From contig NC_043003.1 of NCBI RefSeq assembly GCF_006345805.1, positions 19,220,001-19,284,000 on the forward strand: a DNA stretch of 64,000 nt. The letters are read 5' to 3'. Below are positions 1 through 10,057 of the stretch, one piece after another. How positions within the stretch are numbered: the first letter of the stretch is position 1; each line of letters begins with the position of its first letter. The notes below the pieces were generated by a model. That model was given only the letters and a program-made list of their open reading frames with translations. It was not told the DNA's origin and did not search any database. A program made the position numbers and the translations under genes. This stretch comes from Octopus sinensis (Eukaryota).

Positions 1-1259
1 AAATTTCATTTTTATTGTATAAACAAGAAATCATATTTAATCTTATTTCATTTAATTTTATGTGTTTATTGTCCTGTATTTCCCCACCCACTGAATCACA
101 GGGACTTGTCATGCGAATACTTGGCTTTGGAATCTGTAGTATTTAAGAGAATGAAATTTAAATCTCTGAATAACTTGTCAATGTATCACAGGTAATATTC
201 AGATGATCAGTTACCTCCAACAACCAGGTGAACTGAGGTACGGAATATCCTGTTTAGACACAACAATCAAATAGCAACAGTGGTTATGAACACACAATAT
301 ATCAACTATTTTTACTTTAACTGAACATTTATCTACATTGTATAATATATCTATACATAATTCTGTAGGTCTTTTTGATTCTGACTACGCACCGTTTAAC
401 ATGTAATAATCTTTGTAGTGTAGTAAAGTAAGGCTTGTAATTTGAAACCTTACCAATTTTAATTACAACTGATGTTTTTCTGAAAACCCGGAAATTAGTT
501 AGCAAACTGAAAAGAGAGAGAGGGGAAGATAGAGAGAGAGTTTGTGTGTTTCAAAATTTTTAGTTCTATGCAATAAGATTTTGTGTAATAAGTGTTTAGA
601 GCAAAATAATTTGGAAGGATGCTATAGTCAGAATGATGTAAAAGCAGAGCTTTGATACGGTGGCACAAAAATGTTTTACTGGAGCAGAGTCACAGCCACA
701 CCATTCAGAAATAGTTAAAACTTAATGTTAACAATGGTAAAAAAGGGCTTGTAATAGGAGTGATCAAGTAGCTGGAGAGTATCAGAACAATGTTCTGTAA
801 ATATATTTGCTAATAGTCAATAATATTTATAATGCTGCAATGCACTCTGCGGATAGTAAATAACATTACAAGGAATAATTTTTTGCTATTCATTGAATAA
901 TTATTGTTAATTTGATTGTTAACCATAGACATTTTCAATTTTTTCCACAATCTATAATTTGTACATAAACATGAACAAACCAGAAAACTTAAGCTTCACA
1001 CTCACAATGTAGGTATCAATTTAAAGTGAAAGTGAAATTAATATATCTATGTCACTGGAATCTTCAAACTAGTTCCTTTTATAATGTAAAACTTTCAAAT
1101 AAGAAAATTAAAAGTAAAATAAATGCAAGTCACATGACATGAAAACCTGTGGAAAAAAGAAAACAACACCAAGTGAAAACTGAAAGTTATTTTGAAATAT
1201 AAAATATTTCACATTAAACTAAGCTAAAATAAAATACTAGAAAGCTATTAGAAATCTCC

Positions 1260-1508
1260 GTGGAGGTGTGTGGCTTAGTTGTTAGGGTGCCAGCATCATG
1301 ATCGTAAGATTGTGGTTTCGATTCCAGGACTGGGTGACGCATTGTGTTCTTGAGCAAAACAATTCATTTCACATTGCTCCAATCCACTCAGCTGCAAAAA
1401 ATGAGTAATGCTGCGATGGACTGGTGTCCTGAACAGCTGGGGAACACATACGCCATAGAAACCGGGAAAGCGGGCCCATGAGCCTGGCTAGGCTTTAAAA
1501 GGGTGCAT
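1260..1508 (+). mobile_element. tRNA-derived SINE, family A
   Basis: Pol III A-box-like tggcttagttgttagg and B-box-like ggtttcgattcc; body and 3' end (atgagcctggctaggctttaaaaggg) shared with copies at ~34368 and ~44588; followed by (AT)n. Confidence 0.8.
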
Positions 1509-1521
1509 ATATATATATATA

Positions 1522-2390
1522 TCATCATCATCATCATTTAGCGTCCGTTCTCCATGCTAGCATGGGTTGGACGGTTCAACTGGGGTCTGTGAAGCTGGAA
1601 GGCTTCATCAGGCCCAGTCAGATCTGGCAGTGTTTCTACGGCTGGATGCCCTTCCTAACGCCAACCACTCCGTGAGTGTAGTGGGTGCTTTTTACGTGCC
1701 ACCCGCACAGGTGCCAGACAGAGCTGGCAAACGGCCACGAACGGATGGTGCTTTTACGTGTCACCGGCACGGGGCCAGGCGAGGCTGGCAACGGACACGA
1801 ACGGATGGTGCTTTTACGTGCCACCAACACGGGGGCCAGACAGAGCTGGCAAACGGCCACGAACGGATGGTGCTTTTACGTGTCACCGGCACGGGGGCCA
1901 GGCGAGGCTGGCAACGGGCATGAACGGATGGTGCTTTTACATGCCACCGACACGGGGGCCAGACAGGGCTGGCAAACGGCCACGAATGGATGGTGCTTTT
2001 ACGTGTCACCGGCACGGGGGCAGGCGAGGCTGGCAACGGATGGTGCTTTTACATGCCACCGACACGGGGGCCAGACAGGGCTGGCAAACGGCCACGAACG
2101 GATGGTGCTTTTACGTGTCACCGGCACAGGGGCCAGGCGAGGCTGGCAACGGGCACGAACGGATGGTGCTTTTACATGCCACCGACACGGGGGCCAGACA
2201 GGGCTGGCAAACGGCCACGAACAGATGGTGCTTTTACGTGTCACCGGCACGGGGGCCAGGCGAGGCTGGCAATGGACACGAACGGATGGTGCTTTTACAT
2301 GTCACCGGCATGGGGGCCAGACAGGGCTGGCAAATGGACACGAACGGATGGTGCTTTTACATGTCACCGACATGGGGGCCAGACAGGGCT
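1522..2390 (-). mobile_element. RTE-LINE 3'UTR-derived repeat (family D) with internal tandem array
   Basis: Plus strand reads (cat)n-tttagcgtccgttctccatgctagcatgggttgg, i.e. a (GAT)n-tailed 3' end on minus; >=10 related copies in the window. Confidence 0.8.
1684..2390. repeat. Tandem array of ~12 alternating 60/62-bp units (122-bp higher-order dimer)
   Basis: acggatggtgcttttac recurs every ~60-62 bp (e.g. 1741, 1801, 1863); two unit types alternate. Confidence 0.9.
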
Positions 2391-3004
2391 GAAATCTCCA
2401 CCGTTACCACCTTTTAAACAGGGGTGTATATTCTGAGAGTGCTTGGTGTACATGGCACACCTAGACCCCCAAAAAACTGGCAAATTCATAATAAATATTA
2501 ACCTTGCTCATTAATTTAATCACAGATCTTAGTACAAAACTTTTGTTATATCCCTGCTCGAAATTTGGTGGCACTGGGTGTGGCAACACACTCAATACAA
2601 CAACCACCATATGCCACAAGTTTTAAATAATGTGTTTACTCATGTGTATAATGTGTGGTGCAAACATACTTTTCTATTTTCTGAAGCTGCACATTGTACT
2701 TGCGTATAATGCTAACTTGTATATAAAGATTAAAACTTTAGTATGTCGAGTATAGCGTATTGCAAAAATTTTGAAATATGAATTTTGCTTCTCATTAACT
2801 ACTTCTGTTGACTACAGTTTTAATTACTGTATTTGATAGATTATAAGAAGAACTTGGAAAAAAAAACAATAACAACTTGGGTTCTATATGCTTAGTGCTC
2901 TAATGCACTAAAAACTTTTCCCCTGAATATGTGTTGTTGAAATTAAGGTGTGGCTAATATGCCTGTGTGTCTTTTCCATCATCAAATACAGTAAATATTT
3001 ACAT

Positions 3005-3397
3005 AGGTGCAGGAGTGGCTGTGTGGTAAGTAGCTTGCTTACCAACCACATGGTTCCAAGTTCAGTCCCACTGCGTGGCACCTTGGGTAAGTGTCTTCTA
3101 CTATAGCCTTGGGCCAACCAAAGTGGATTTGGTAGATGGAAACTGAAAGGAGCCCGTCGTATATATATATATATGTGTATATGTTTGTGTGTCTGTGTTT
3201 GTCCCCCCAACATCACTTGACAACCGATGCTGGTGTGTTTACGTCCCCGTAACTTAGTGGTTCGGCAAAAGTGACCGATAGAGTAAGTACTAGGTTTACA
3301 AAGAATACATTCTGGGGTCAATTTGCTCAACTAAAGGTGGTGCTCCAGCATGGCCGCAGTCAAATGACTGAAACAAGTAAAAGAGTAAAAGAGAGTA
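3005..3397 (+). mobile_element. tRNA-derived SINE, family B (CORE-like ccttgggcaag body), full length
   Basis: Head ggtgcaggagtggctgtgtggtaag...ggttccaagttcagtccc; tail gactgaaacaagtaaaagag; >15 related copies in the window. Confidence 0.8.
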
Positions 3398-3748
3398 ATT
3401 AATAAGAACATTTTTTTAATAAGTTCTTCAAAACATCTGTCCTTTGTAACTTTTTTGCAAGAAATTCTCTGTCATTGTGCATTGAGCTGATACATTTGTT
3501 CTGAAGGAAATGTCATAAATGAACATTCCACATTTCAACAATCTCCATGCTTCACTCTTGAAACAAAGATATTGTTAATATGCTAATGTTAGCACTCAAC
3601 TGGTTGACCATTGTAGTTGTTGCTGTAAATATACAGAGTGTGTGGTTCTGTTTGAAAATTCAGATCTCGTGCTGCATACTATTTTTATTAATTTATCATC
3701 ATCATCATCGTTTAACATCTGTTTTATATATATATATATATCTAATAT

Positions 3749-4118
3749 ATCACCTTGATTACCTTGACCGACCTATCCGTCGGGCGTCTATTTGACACCA
3801 CTGGTCACAGCACATTGTCCACTCCTCTCTGGATTGCGTCTTTCTCATCCATGTGATCCCAATCGCCCTCCTGAAATCGTAACTCCACCATCGTGGAGGC
3901 CTTCTGGGTGGTCGTTTCCGCTCATGCAGGTATCACTCGACAACTGCGTGAGTCCACCGATTATCGGTGAGCCGGGCAATGTGTCCAGCCCATCTAAACT
4001 TGCTGCGTGTATATTCTACGATAACATCCCTCTGATGACCTCGCTACTGATGTGCTCTCTCAACGAGATTCCAAGCATTGACCTCTCCATGGCTCTTTGA
4101 GCTGTTACCAATCTCTGT
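3749..4118 (-). mobile_element. RTE-clade LINE, 3' fragment (decayed)
   Basis: Minus translation QRLVTAQRAMERSMLGISLREHISSEVIR and, after a frameshift, KFRWAGHIARLTDNRWTHAVVE: RTE ORF C-terminal motifs. Confidence 0.8.
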
Positions 4119-4180
4119 TCTCTCTTTTTTATATATATAAATATATATATGATGATGATGATGATGATAAATATATATAA

Positions 4181-4545
4181 GGCACAGGCATGGCTGTGTG
4201 TAAGAAGTAGTTTGCTTTCCAACCACATGGCACCTTTGACAAATGTCTTTTACTATAGCCTTGGGCTGATCAAAGCCTTGTGAGTGGATTTGGTATGCAC
4301 AAACTGAAAGAATCCCCTTAATATAGGTGTGTATGAGTGTGTGTGTGTCCATCCTAGTGTTTTGTCCCATATTGCTGTTTTAACAAGTAGTGTTGGTGTG
4401 ATTACATCCCTATAACCTAGAGAATAAATACCAGGCTTAAAAAGAAAATAAGAACTGGGGTTGATTAGTACAACTAAAATTCCTCAAGGCAGTGCCCCAG
4501 CATGGCTGCAGTCTAATGACTGAAACAAGTAAAAAATAAAAAGAT
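4181..4545 (+). mobile_element. SINE family B, degenerate
   Basis: Homologous to 3005-3397 (ggcacaggcatggctgtgtg...gactgaaacaagtaaaa). Confidence 0.7.
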
Positions 4546-4780
4546 GATATAATTAGCATATAACCTTCTATACAGGGATTACCACAATATTATCATCAAT
4601 ATGAATGATTTGAAGCATCATCCCTCATATACAGATGGAGAAAGGCTTCAAGTGACATCAAAGCCTGATGACAGAAGATAAGGCAATGTAGTGCACCTGA
4701 GCAGTTGCTTTAACATTTACTTATTCTGCTAAAAAAGATTGCTGTGCATTATATATAGAGACATACTACACATCATCATT

Positions 4781-5010
4781 ACCTATTTCTTTACTACCCA
4801 CAAGGGGCTAAACACAGAGAGGACGAACAAGGATAGACAAACGGATTAAGTCGATCATATCGACCCCAGTGCGTAACTGTACTTATTTAATCGACCCCGG
4901 AAGGATGAAAGGCAAAGTTGACCTCGGCGGAATTTGAACTCAGAACGTAACGGCAGACGAAATACCGCTAAGCATTTCACCCGGCGCGCTAACGTTTCTG
5001 CCAGCTCGCC
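4781..5010 (-). mobile_element. tRNA-derived SINE, family C
   Basis: Minus reads ggcgagctggcagaaacgttagc...gttctgagttcaaattccgccgaggtcaactttgcctttcatcc; relatives at ~17634, 35395, 43989. Confidence 0.75.
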
Positions 5011-5279
5011 GTTTAACGTCCGCTTTCCATGCTAGCATGGGTTGGACAATTTGACTGAGGTCTGGTGAACCAGATGGTTGCACCAGGCTTGGGTCTGATC
5101 TGGCAGAGTTTCTACAGCTGGATGCCCTTCCTAATGCCAACCACTCCGAGAGTGTAGTGGGTACGTTTATGTGCCACTGGCACGAGGGCCAGTCAGGTGG
5201 TACTGGCAACAGCCACGCTCAAATGTGCCACCTGCACAGGAGCCAGTCCAGCGGCACTGGCAACGACCTCGCTCGAATG
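5011..5279 (-). mobile_element. Family D (RTE 3' end)
   Basis: gtttaacgtccgctttccatgctagcatgggttggac...; homologous to the 1522 copy. Confidence 0.8.
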
Positions 5280-6127
5280 TTTTTTTTTTTGGTTAAATAA
5301 TGGTAATTGATTATCTTCTATTTTTTCAAACAGTTTACCTTCTCTTTGTATTTCATACTGTCAAATGTGGGAAAGTGCCAAAACTTTAGATATTGAGCAG
5401 TTTTGTTTTAGTGCTGAATGTCCTTTCTATATATAGCAAGACGAGTTAATTTTGAGGTCTGAAAGTTGGAGTAAGGATCTCATGGTTATAACATTCAGGC
5501 ATTGCATTATATTTTAACAGTAATTGCTCCTCTACAAGTTGGGACATATAGTTGCTGACTTTAATCTGCCTGAAAACAAACACTCCTCTTAGATGACATC
5601 CCTGCTTTGTTATTTACATATCTATTCAATCATTTTAAACATCCATGACAGATTAAGGAAGGTTTATAATAATCCTTATACGAAAGGATAAACTAAAATA
5701 AAACACAAAAACTAGAAGGAAAAAGCACGGAGAAAGAAGTACAGATAACAAACAAATGTTTCTGTTGTTAAATCTTTCTGTAGTTTCCATGAATTGGAAA
5801 AACTTGTTTATGGGTGGTGGATCCTTGAAAATAAATTGTACCCCCAACCTTGGTAGCCATTTTTAGGATCAGCTTTAAGATGGCTTCTCTCTCTCTTTGA
5901 CTGATAAGTTTTGCATTTGAAGCAAATAATCTTTGCATAAGGCTTGAAATTTTGGTGGAGAGTCTAGTCAATTACATTGATCCGTGTTTGACCGGTGCTT
6001 ATTTTATGAACACCAAAAGGATGAAATGCAAAAATCAACCTTGGTGCAATTTGAAACTGGAACATAAAGATGGATGAATTTGAAGCAAATAGTGCTATAA
6101 TGTTTCTGAAGAGTCCCTGCAAAAACA

Positions 6128-6600
6128 CATCATCATCATCGTTTAACGTCTGTTTTCCATGCTAGCATGGGTTGGATGGTTCGACCAGGGTCTGGGAAGC
6201 CAGGAGGCTGCACCAGGCTCCAGTCTAATCTGGCAGTGTTTCTACAGCTAGATGCCCTTCCTAATGCCAACCACTCTGTGAGTGTAGTGGGTGCATTTTA
6301 CATACCACCAGCACAGGTGCCAGGGGAGGATGGCAACAGCCACGATCGGTTGGTGCTTTTTACATGCCACCGGCACGGAAGCCAGTCAAGGCGGCATTGG
6401 CATCAGCCGCATTCAGATGGTGCTTTTTACGTGCTGATCACAACTACAATTTCCATTTGATTTTTATTTTGATGTTGATGTACTTGACTCAAGCACAGCA
6501 AGTCACTCTACGATCCAAGGTAAGCACAGCAGACCATCCTGCGATCCAAGGTACTTTGGATGGGCTAGGGCTGCTATGTGAAGCTGGTGTCACAATTCTT
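6128..6600 (-). mobile_element. Family D (RTE 3'UTR)
   Basis: (cat)n gtttaacgtctgttttccatgctagc...; extends into tacttgactcaa, which is shared with the RTE 3'UTR at ~46067. Confidence 0.8.
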
Positions 6601-7505
6601 TTAAAACCTGTTTGTGATAGAATATAGTTCAAAGGAACATAAGTTATTCGAAGCTGAAGTGTTTGTCAACTTTACTCAGTGCTGCATACATTTTCCACAC
6701 TGATAGATTTGACTGAGATCTATCTGGGGAGGGTTGGCAGCTAAACTTCCCAAGTTTATCTCTTGCTTCTACTGGGAAGAGGCAAGCATAATGCATAAAT
6801 GGGAGAGAGAGTGACTGTAACAGGTGGAGAACCCAAAACATAGCACTTCTAGAACCCAGTTTTGCTGAGGCACATTTACAACTTACAATATTACTACAAT
6901 ACTATCTTAAGAACTCGATCCCTGTTCCACTAAATTCAGGCAAACACTATAAGCTATACATGACAAAAATAACAGCAGAATCAATCAATCAATAGCTTCA
7001 AACATTGTCCTTGTATACACACCACCGAGTGTATAATAACAGCAACTGATAGCAGTCTCACATCCTGTCCTATTTTCTTAAAAAGTAACAAAAATATTGG
7101 ATAATGTATTCCTAGATATATTATGCCTTAATAAATGATAGAACAATGGGTGTGGCTATGTCTGTGTGGTTAAGAAGAAAAATTTGTACAAGTTAACTTA
7201 TTATAACAGAGTACCTTACTGAAACAACAAGTGCACTTTTAGCTTAACCATTGAAGCAATGAATCCTATTTTAATCCTTAAAAAAATTGTTCCTTTATTT
7301 CCAGTAGATAAATAGATATCTTAGGCATGACTAAGGCTGCCTGCTTATGATGCTCTCTTTACAATGCTATGATTTCTGGCGGCTAAGTCTTACAACACAA
7401 CACCTTGAGTGAACATCTTCTATAACAGTGCTGGCTCAACCAATGCTATGGGAGGGAATTTCATACACAGAAACTACAACAAGTTTGTTTTATATAAATA
7501 TATAC

Positions 7506-7740
7506 TGTGTTGCCAGATAAAATAATCTCTTTTTTTCCGTTTATTTTAATTCTTTCCAATGTTATTTGAATTAACATGAAAAATATTTTTATTGAAGTGT
7601 TTCATTTTTTTTTTTTTGAGCTCTATTTTTCCTCTACAACTTTTATTTATCATTTCTTGATATTTTAATAAATTTCAACTGTTTTTAGACATATGACAAT
7701 GTAGCACCAGATAGAAAAAAAAAATTTATCTGATAAGCCA
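7506..7740. mobile_element. Short non-autonomous mariner derivative (MITE-like)
   Basis: Ends tgtgttgccagataaaa / atttatctgataagcca are TIR-like; interior (ttctttccaatgttatttgaa) matches the 5' region of the mariner at 12215. Confidence 0.5.
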
Positions 7741-8831
7741 TTGAATGAATGAACTTAATGAATGAATGAATGTATGCATGAATGAATGTACAAAAAAACA
7801 TACAAATTTTTGGTAGTATATCACCTAAAAAAAATATTCAAAGGTCAGAGATATTCAACGCTTTTTAATACTCAGCATCAAAAAAGGATTTCCCAAGATG
7901 CTATCTCACAGCTAATGGGCATATAAACATTAACACACACACACACTATGCATGTGGCATCAATAATGTTTACATTATCAGAGCTGCTTTTAATTCAAAA
8001 TGTAATTCAAAGGAGTATTATCTGAAGAAGTGGTATTGTATGAAAGCACAGACTTACATAAAGTTACATGACAAGTTATATAATGTACCCATGTTCTAAA
8101 TAAAATTCACTGCAGAAATGTCTAGTAATACCCAAAAATACCTGTTTCTTTCATGCTTACTACATGTGTGTGTGTGCATGTAGGTGAACAGTAACCAAAT
8201 GTTTAAAATTTGATTGCACTGCCTGGTATTGTGGGTGAATATAACTGTCTAGTCTCAGATGGACTCACCCTGTAATTCAAAAGATACAACCTTGTCACAC
8301 ACATATTGTGTCATGCTGATGCAACCTGAGATTTATATTAAGGGGACATATCTGTGGAAGGCTTAGCCACTTGCTCATATATTCAGGAGTAGGTTGTACA
8401 GATGATTGAACAAAATCTTTCTCATTGAACAATGGAAATCCACCACAAATTCAACTGGTTTAATTCAGAATCAACGATAGTGTACAAACTATGTAGCCTT
8501 TAAACAAGGTGAATTGTCCATGGCCAATTCTATAAAGAAATTGTCAATGGTTCCCTAAAAAGGTCATAGGGATTTTGAGATACTGTTTTTCATTAATATT
8601 CATATATCTCTAAAGATTTAGAATATCAAAAAGCATAAGATTCTATAGATGTTTCCATCTATGAAATCCCTGTTTTTTATTATCCTAAATATGCTGTTCT
8701 GAAAATTCATTTCTCTCTCTTTCTCACACACACACACAACATTCCTTTCAGCCAATATATATATATATATATATATATGAAAAAACAAGTCAAAAATAGA
8801 AAATGCTAAGATAATTTTATAGTGAATCTTT

Positions 8832-8869
8832 CAGTACCGGTTTCGGTCATTTTGAGACCTTTTCAACTG
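8832..8869 (-). ncRNA. Minimal type I hammerhead ribozyme motif (U3:A8 variant), mirror copy
   Basis: Exact reverse complement of 9133-9170. Confidence 0.6.
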
Positions 8870-9132
8870 TAACGATTAAATAATTAAATTTAGAAAAATT
8901 AGAAGAAAAGTTTTTTTAAAAGAATATTTCTGTAGTAGTGTTCAGATATAAGTAGCATTCTGCCTTTCTCTGACTCCCTTGTTTGCACTTGTGTGTTCGA
9001 GGTCGAACACACAAGTGCAAACAAGGGAGTCAGAGAAAGGCAGAATGCTACTTATATCTGAACACTACTACAGAAATATTCTTTTAAAAAAACTTTTCTT
9101 CTAATTTTTCTAAATTAATTATTTAATCGTTA

Positions 9133-9170
9133 CAGTTGAAAAGGTCTCAAAATGACCGAAACCGGTACTG
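9133..9170 (+). ncRNA. Minimal type I hammerhead ribozyme motif (U3:A8 variant)
   Basis: CAG-UUGAAAA-GGUC(ucaaaau)GACC-GAAA-CCGG-UA-CUG: stem I CAG/CUG, stem II GGUC/GACC, palindromic stem III ACCGGU, predicted cleavage after GUA (9167). Confidence 0.6.
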
Positions 9171-9257
9171 AAAGATTCACTATAAAATTATCTTAGCATT
9201 TTCTATTTTTGACTTGTTTTTTCATATATATCAACTCGTGTGTTCCTTTCCACCCTT

Positions 9258-9288
<31 letters not shown>

Positions 9289-9324
9289 GCCACACCTATA
9301 TATATATAATATATATAAGCCACA

Positions 9325-9363
<39 letters not shown>

Positions 9364-9499
9364 TATAATATATAGCCACACCTATATATATATATATATA
9401 TATAATATAGCCACACCTATATATATATATATAAATATATAGCCCACCTATATATATATAAATATATAGCCACACCTATATATATATATATATATATAT

Positions 9500-9660
9500 A
9501 GGTGTGGCTATATGGTAAGAACCTTGCTTCTCAGTCACATGGTTCCGGGTTCAGTCCCGTTGTGTGGCACCTTAGACAAGTGTCTTCTACTATAGCCTCA
9601 GGCTGAGCAAAGCCTTCTGAGTGGATTTGGTAGTTGGAAACTGAAAGAAGCCCAACGTAT
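9500..9660 (+). mobile_element. SINE family B, 5' part
   Basis: aggtgtggctatatggtaag...ggttccgggttcagtccc...gaaactgaaagaagccc. Confidence 0.75.
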
Positions 9661-9664
9661 GTAT

Positions 9665-9845
9665 TGATTGACTGCTAGCTCCAAAATTTTTTTAATTCCC
9701 TCTGTTTATTTCCTTGTGTTCCTTTCTGTTGAAGAGCACAGGCTTGAAATGCAAAAGATTTTCTCACCTTCCCGAGTGTTAAACACCTGTTTGTTGTTTA
9801 TACATCAGTCTTCATCTTTTGATTTTCTGTAAATTTCGACTATAT
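9665..9845 (+). mobile_element. PLE-like pseudo-LTR fragment with degenerate hammerhead (9722-9757)
   Basis: CUUU-CUGUUGA-A-GAGC(acag)GCUU-GAAA-UG-CA-AAAG; stems I and II pair but the core has A6U and U16.1C; ends in (TA)n. Confidence 0.4.
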
Positions 9846-9865
9846 ACACATATATATATATATAT

Positions 9866-10057
9866 ACTGTTGTGTCTGGGGAGAGTCATTTTCTTTTTGT
9901 GCCTTATAATTTAACACATTCACTGGTAAAATTTCCACTTATTTCTTATTTTTATTTTCCTAAAATTTTCGTTGCGTCTTGCAACCTTTTCAATAGTCTT
10001 GACTTTTTAGGGAAATAAAAATAAGAAATAAGTGGAAATTTTACAGGTGAGTGTGTT
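9866..10057 (-). mobile_element. PLE-like pseudo-LTR fragment with hammerhead (9960-9996) and partial inverted copy
   Basis: Minus: CUA-UUGAAAA-G-GUUGC(aagac)GCAAC-GAAA-AUU-U-UAG; 9913-9965 is inverted at ~10005-10057. Confidence 0.55.

Larger units (their letters stand above)
8779..9223. mobile_element. Near-perfect 445-bp palindromic element (inverted Penelope-like pseudo-LTR pair) flanked by (TA)n
   Basis: Arms 8779-9000 and 9003-9223 are reverse complements apart from one 1-nt indel; 2-nt centre gg; each arm carries a hammerhead-like motif. The palindrome is seen directly; the PLE assignment is inferred. Confidence 0.75.

Noticed and set aside
1260-1330. tRNA-like A and B boxes in SINE heads
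   Set aside because: No cloverleaf or acceptor stem; each is attached to a SINE body, so these are not tRNA genes
1567-2436. Overlapping 100-235-aa ORFs and a CRISPR-like repeat/spacer appearance
   Set aside because: The 'spacers' are two recurring variants of one unit inside an RTE 3'UTR, there are no cas genes and the context is eukaryotic; the ORFs are by-products of the GC-rich tandem array
9287-9480. Short repeats with variable spacers resembling CRISPR
   Set aside because: Spacers are pure (TA)n and the repeat is an inverted SINE head
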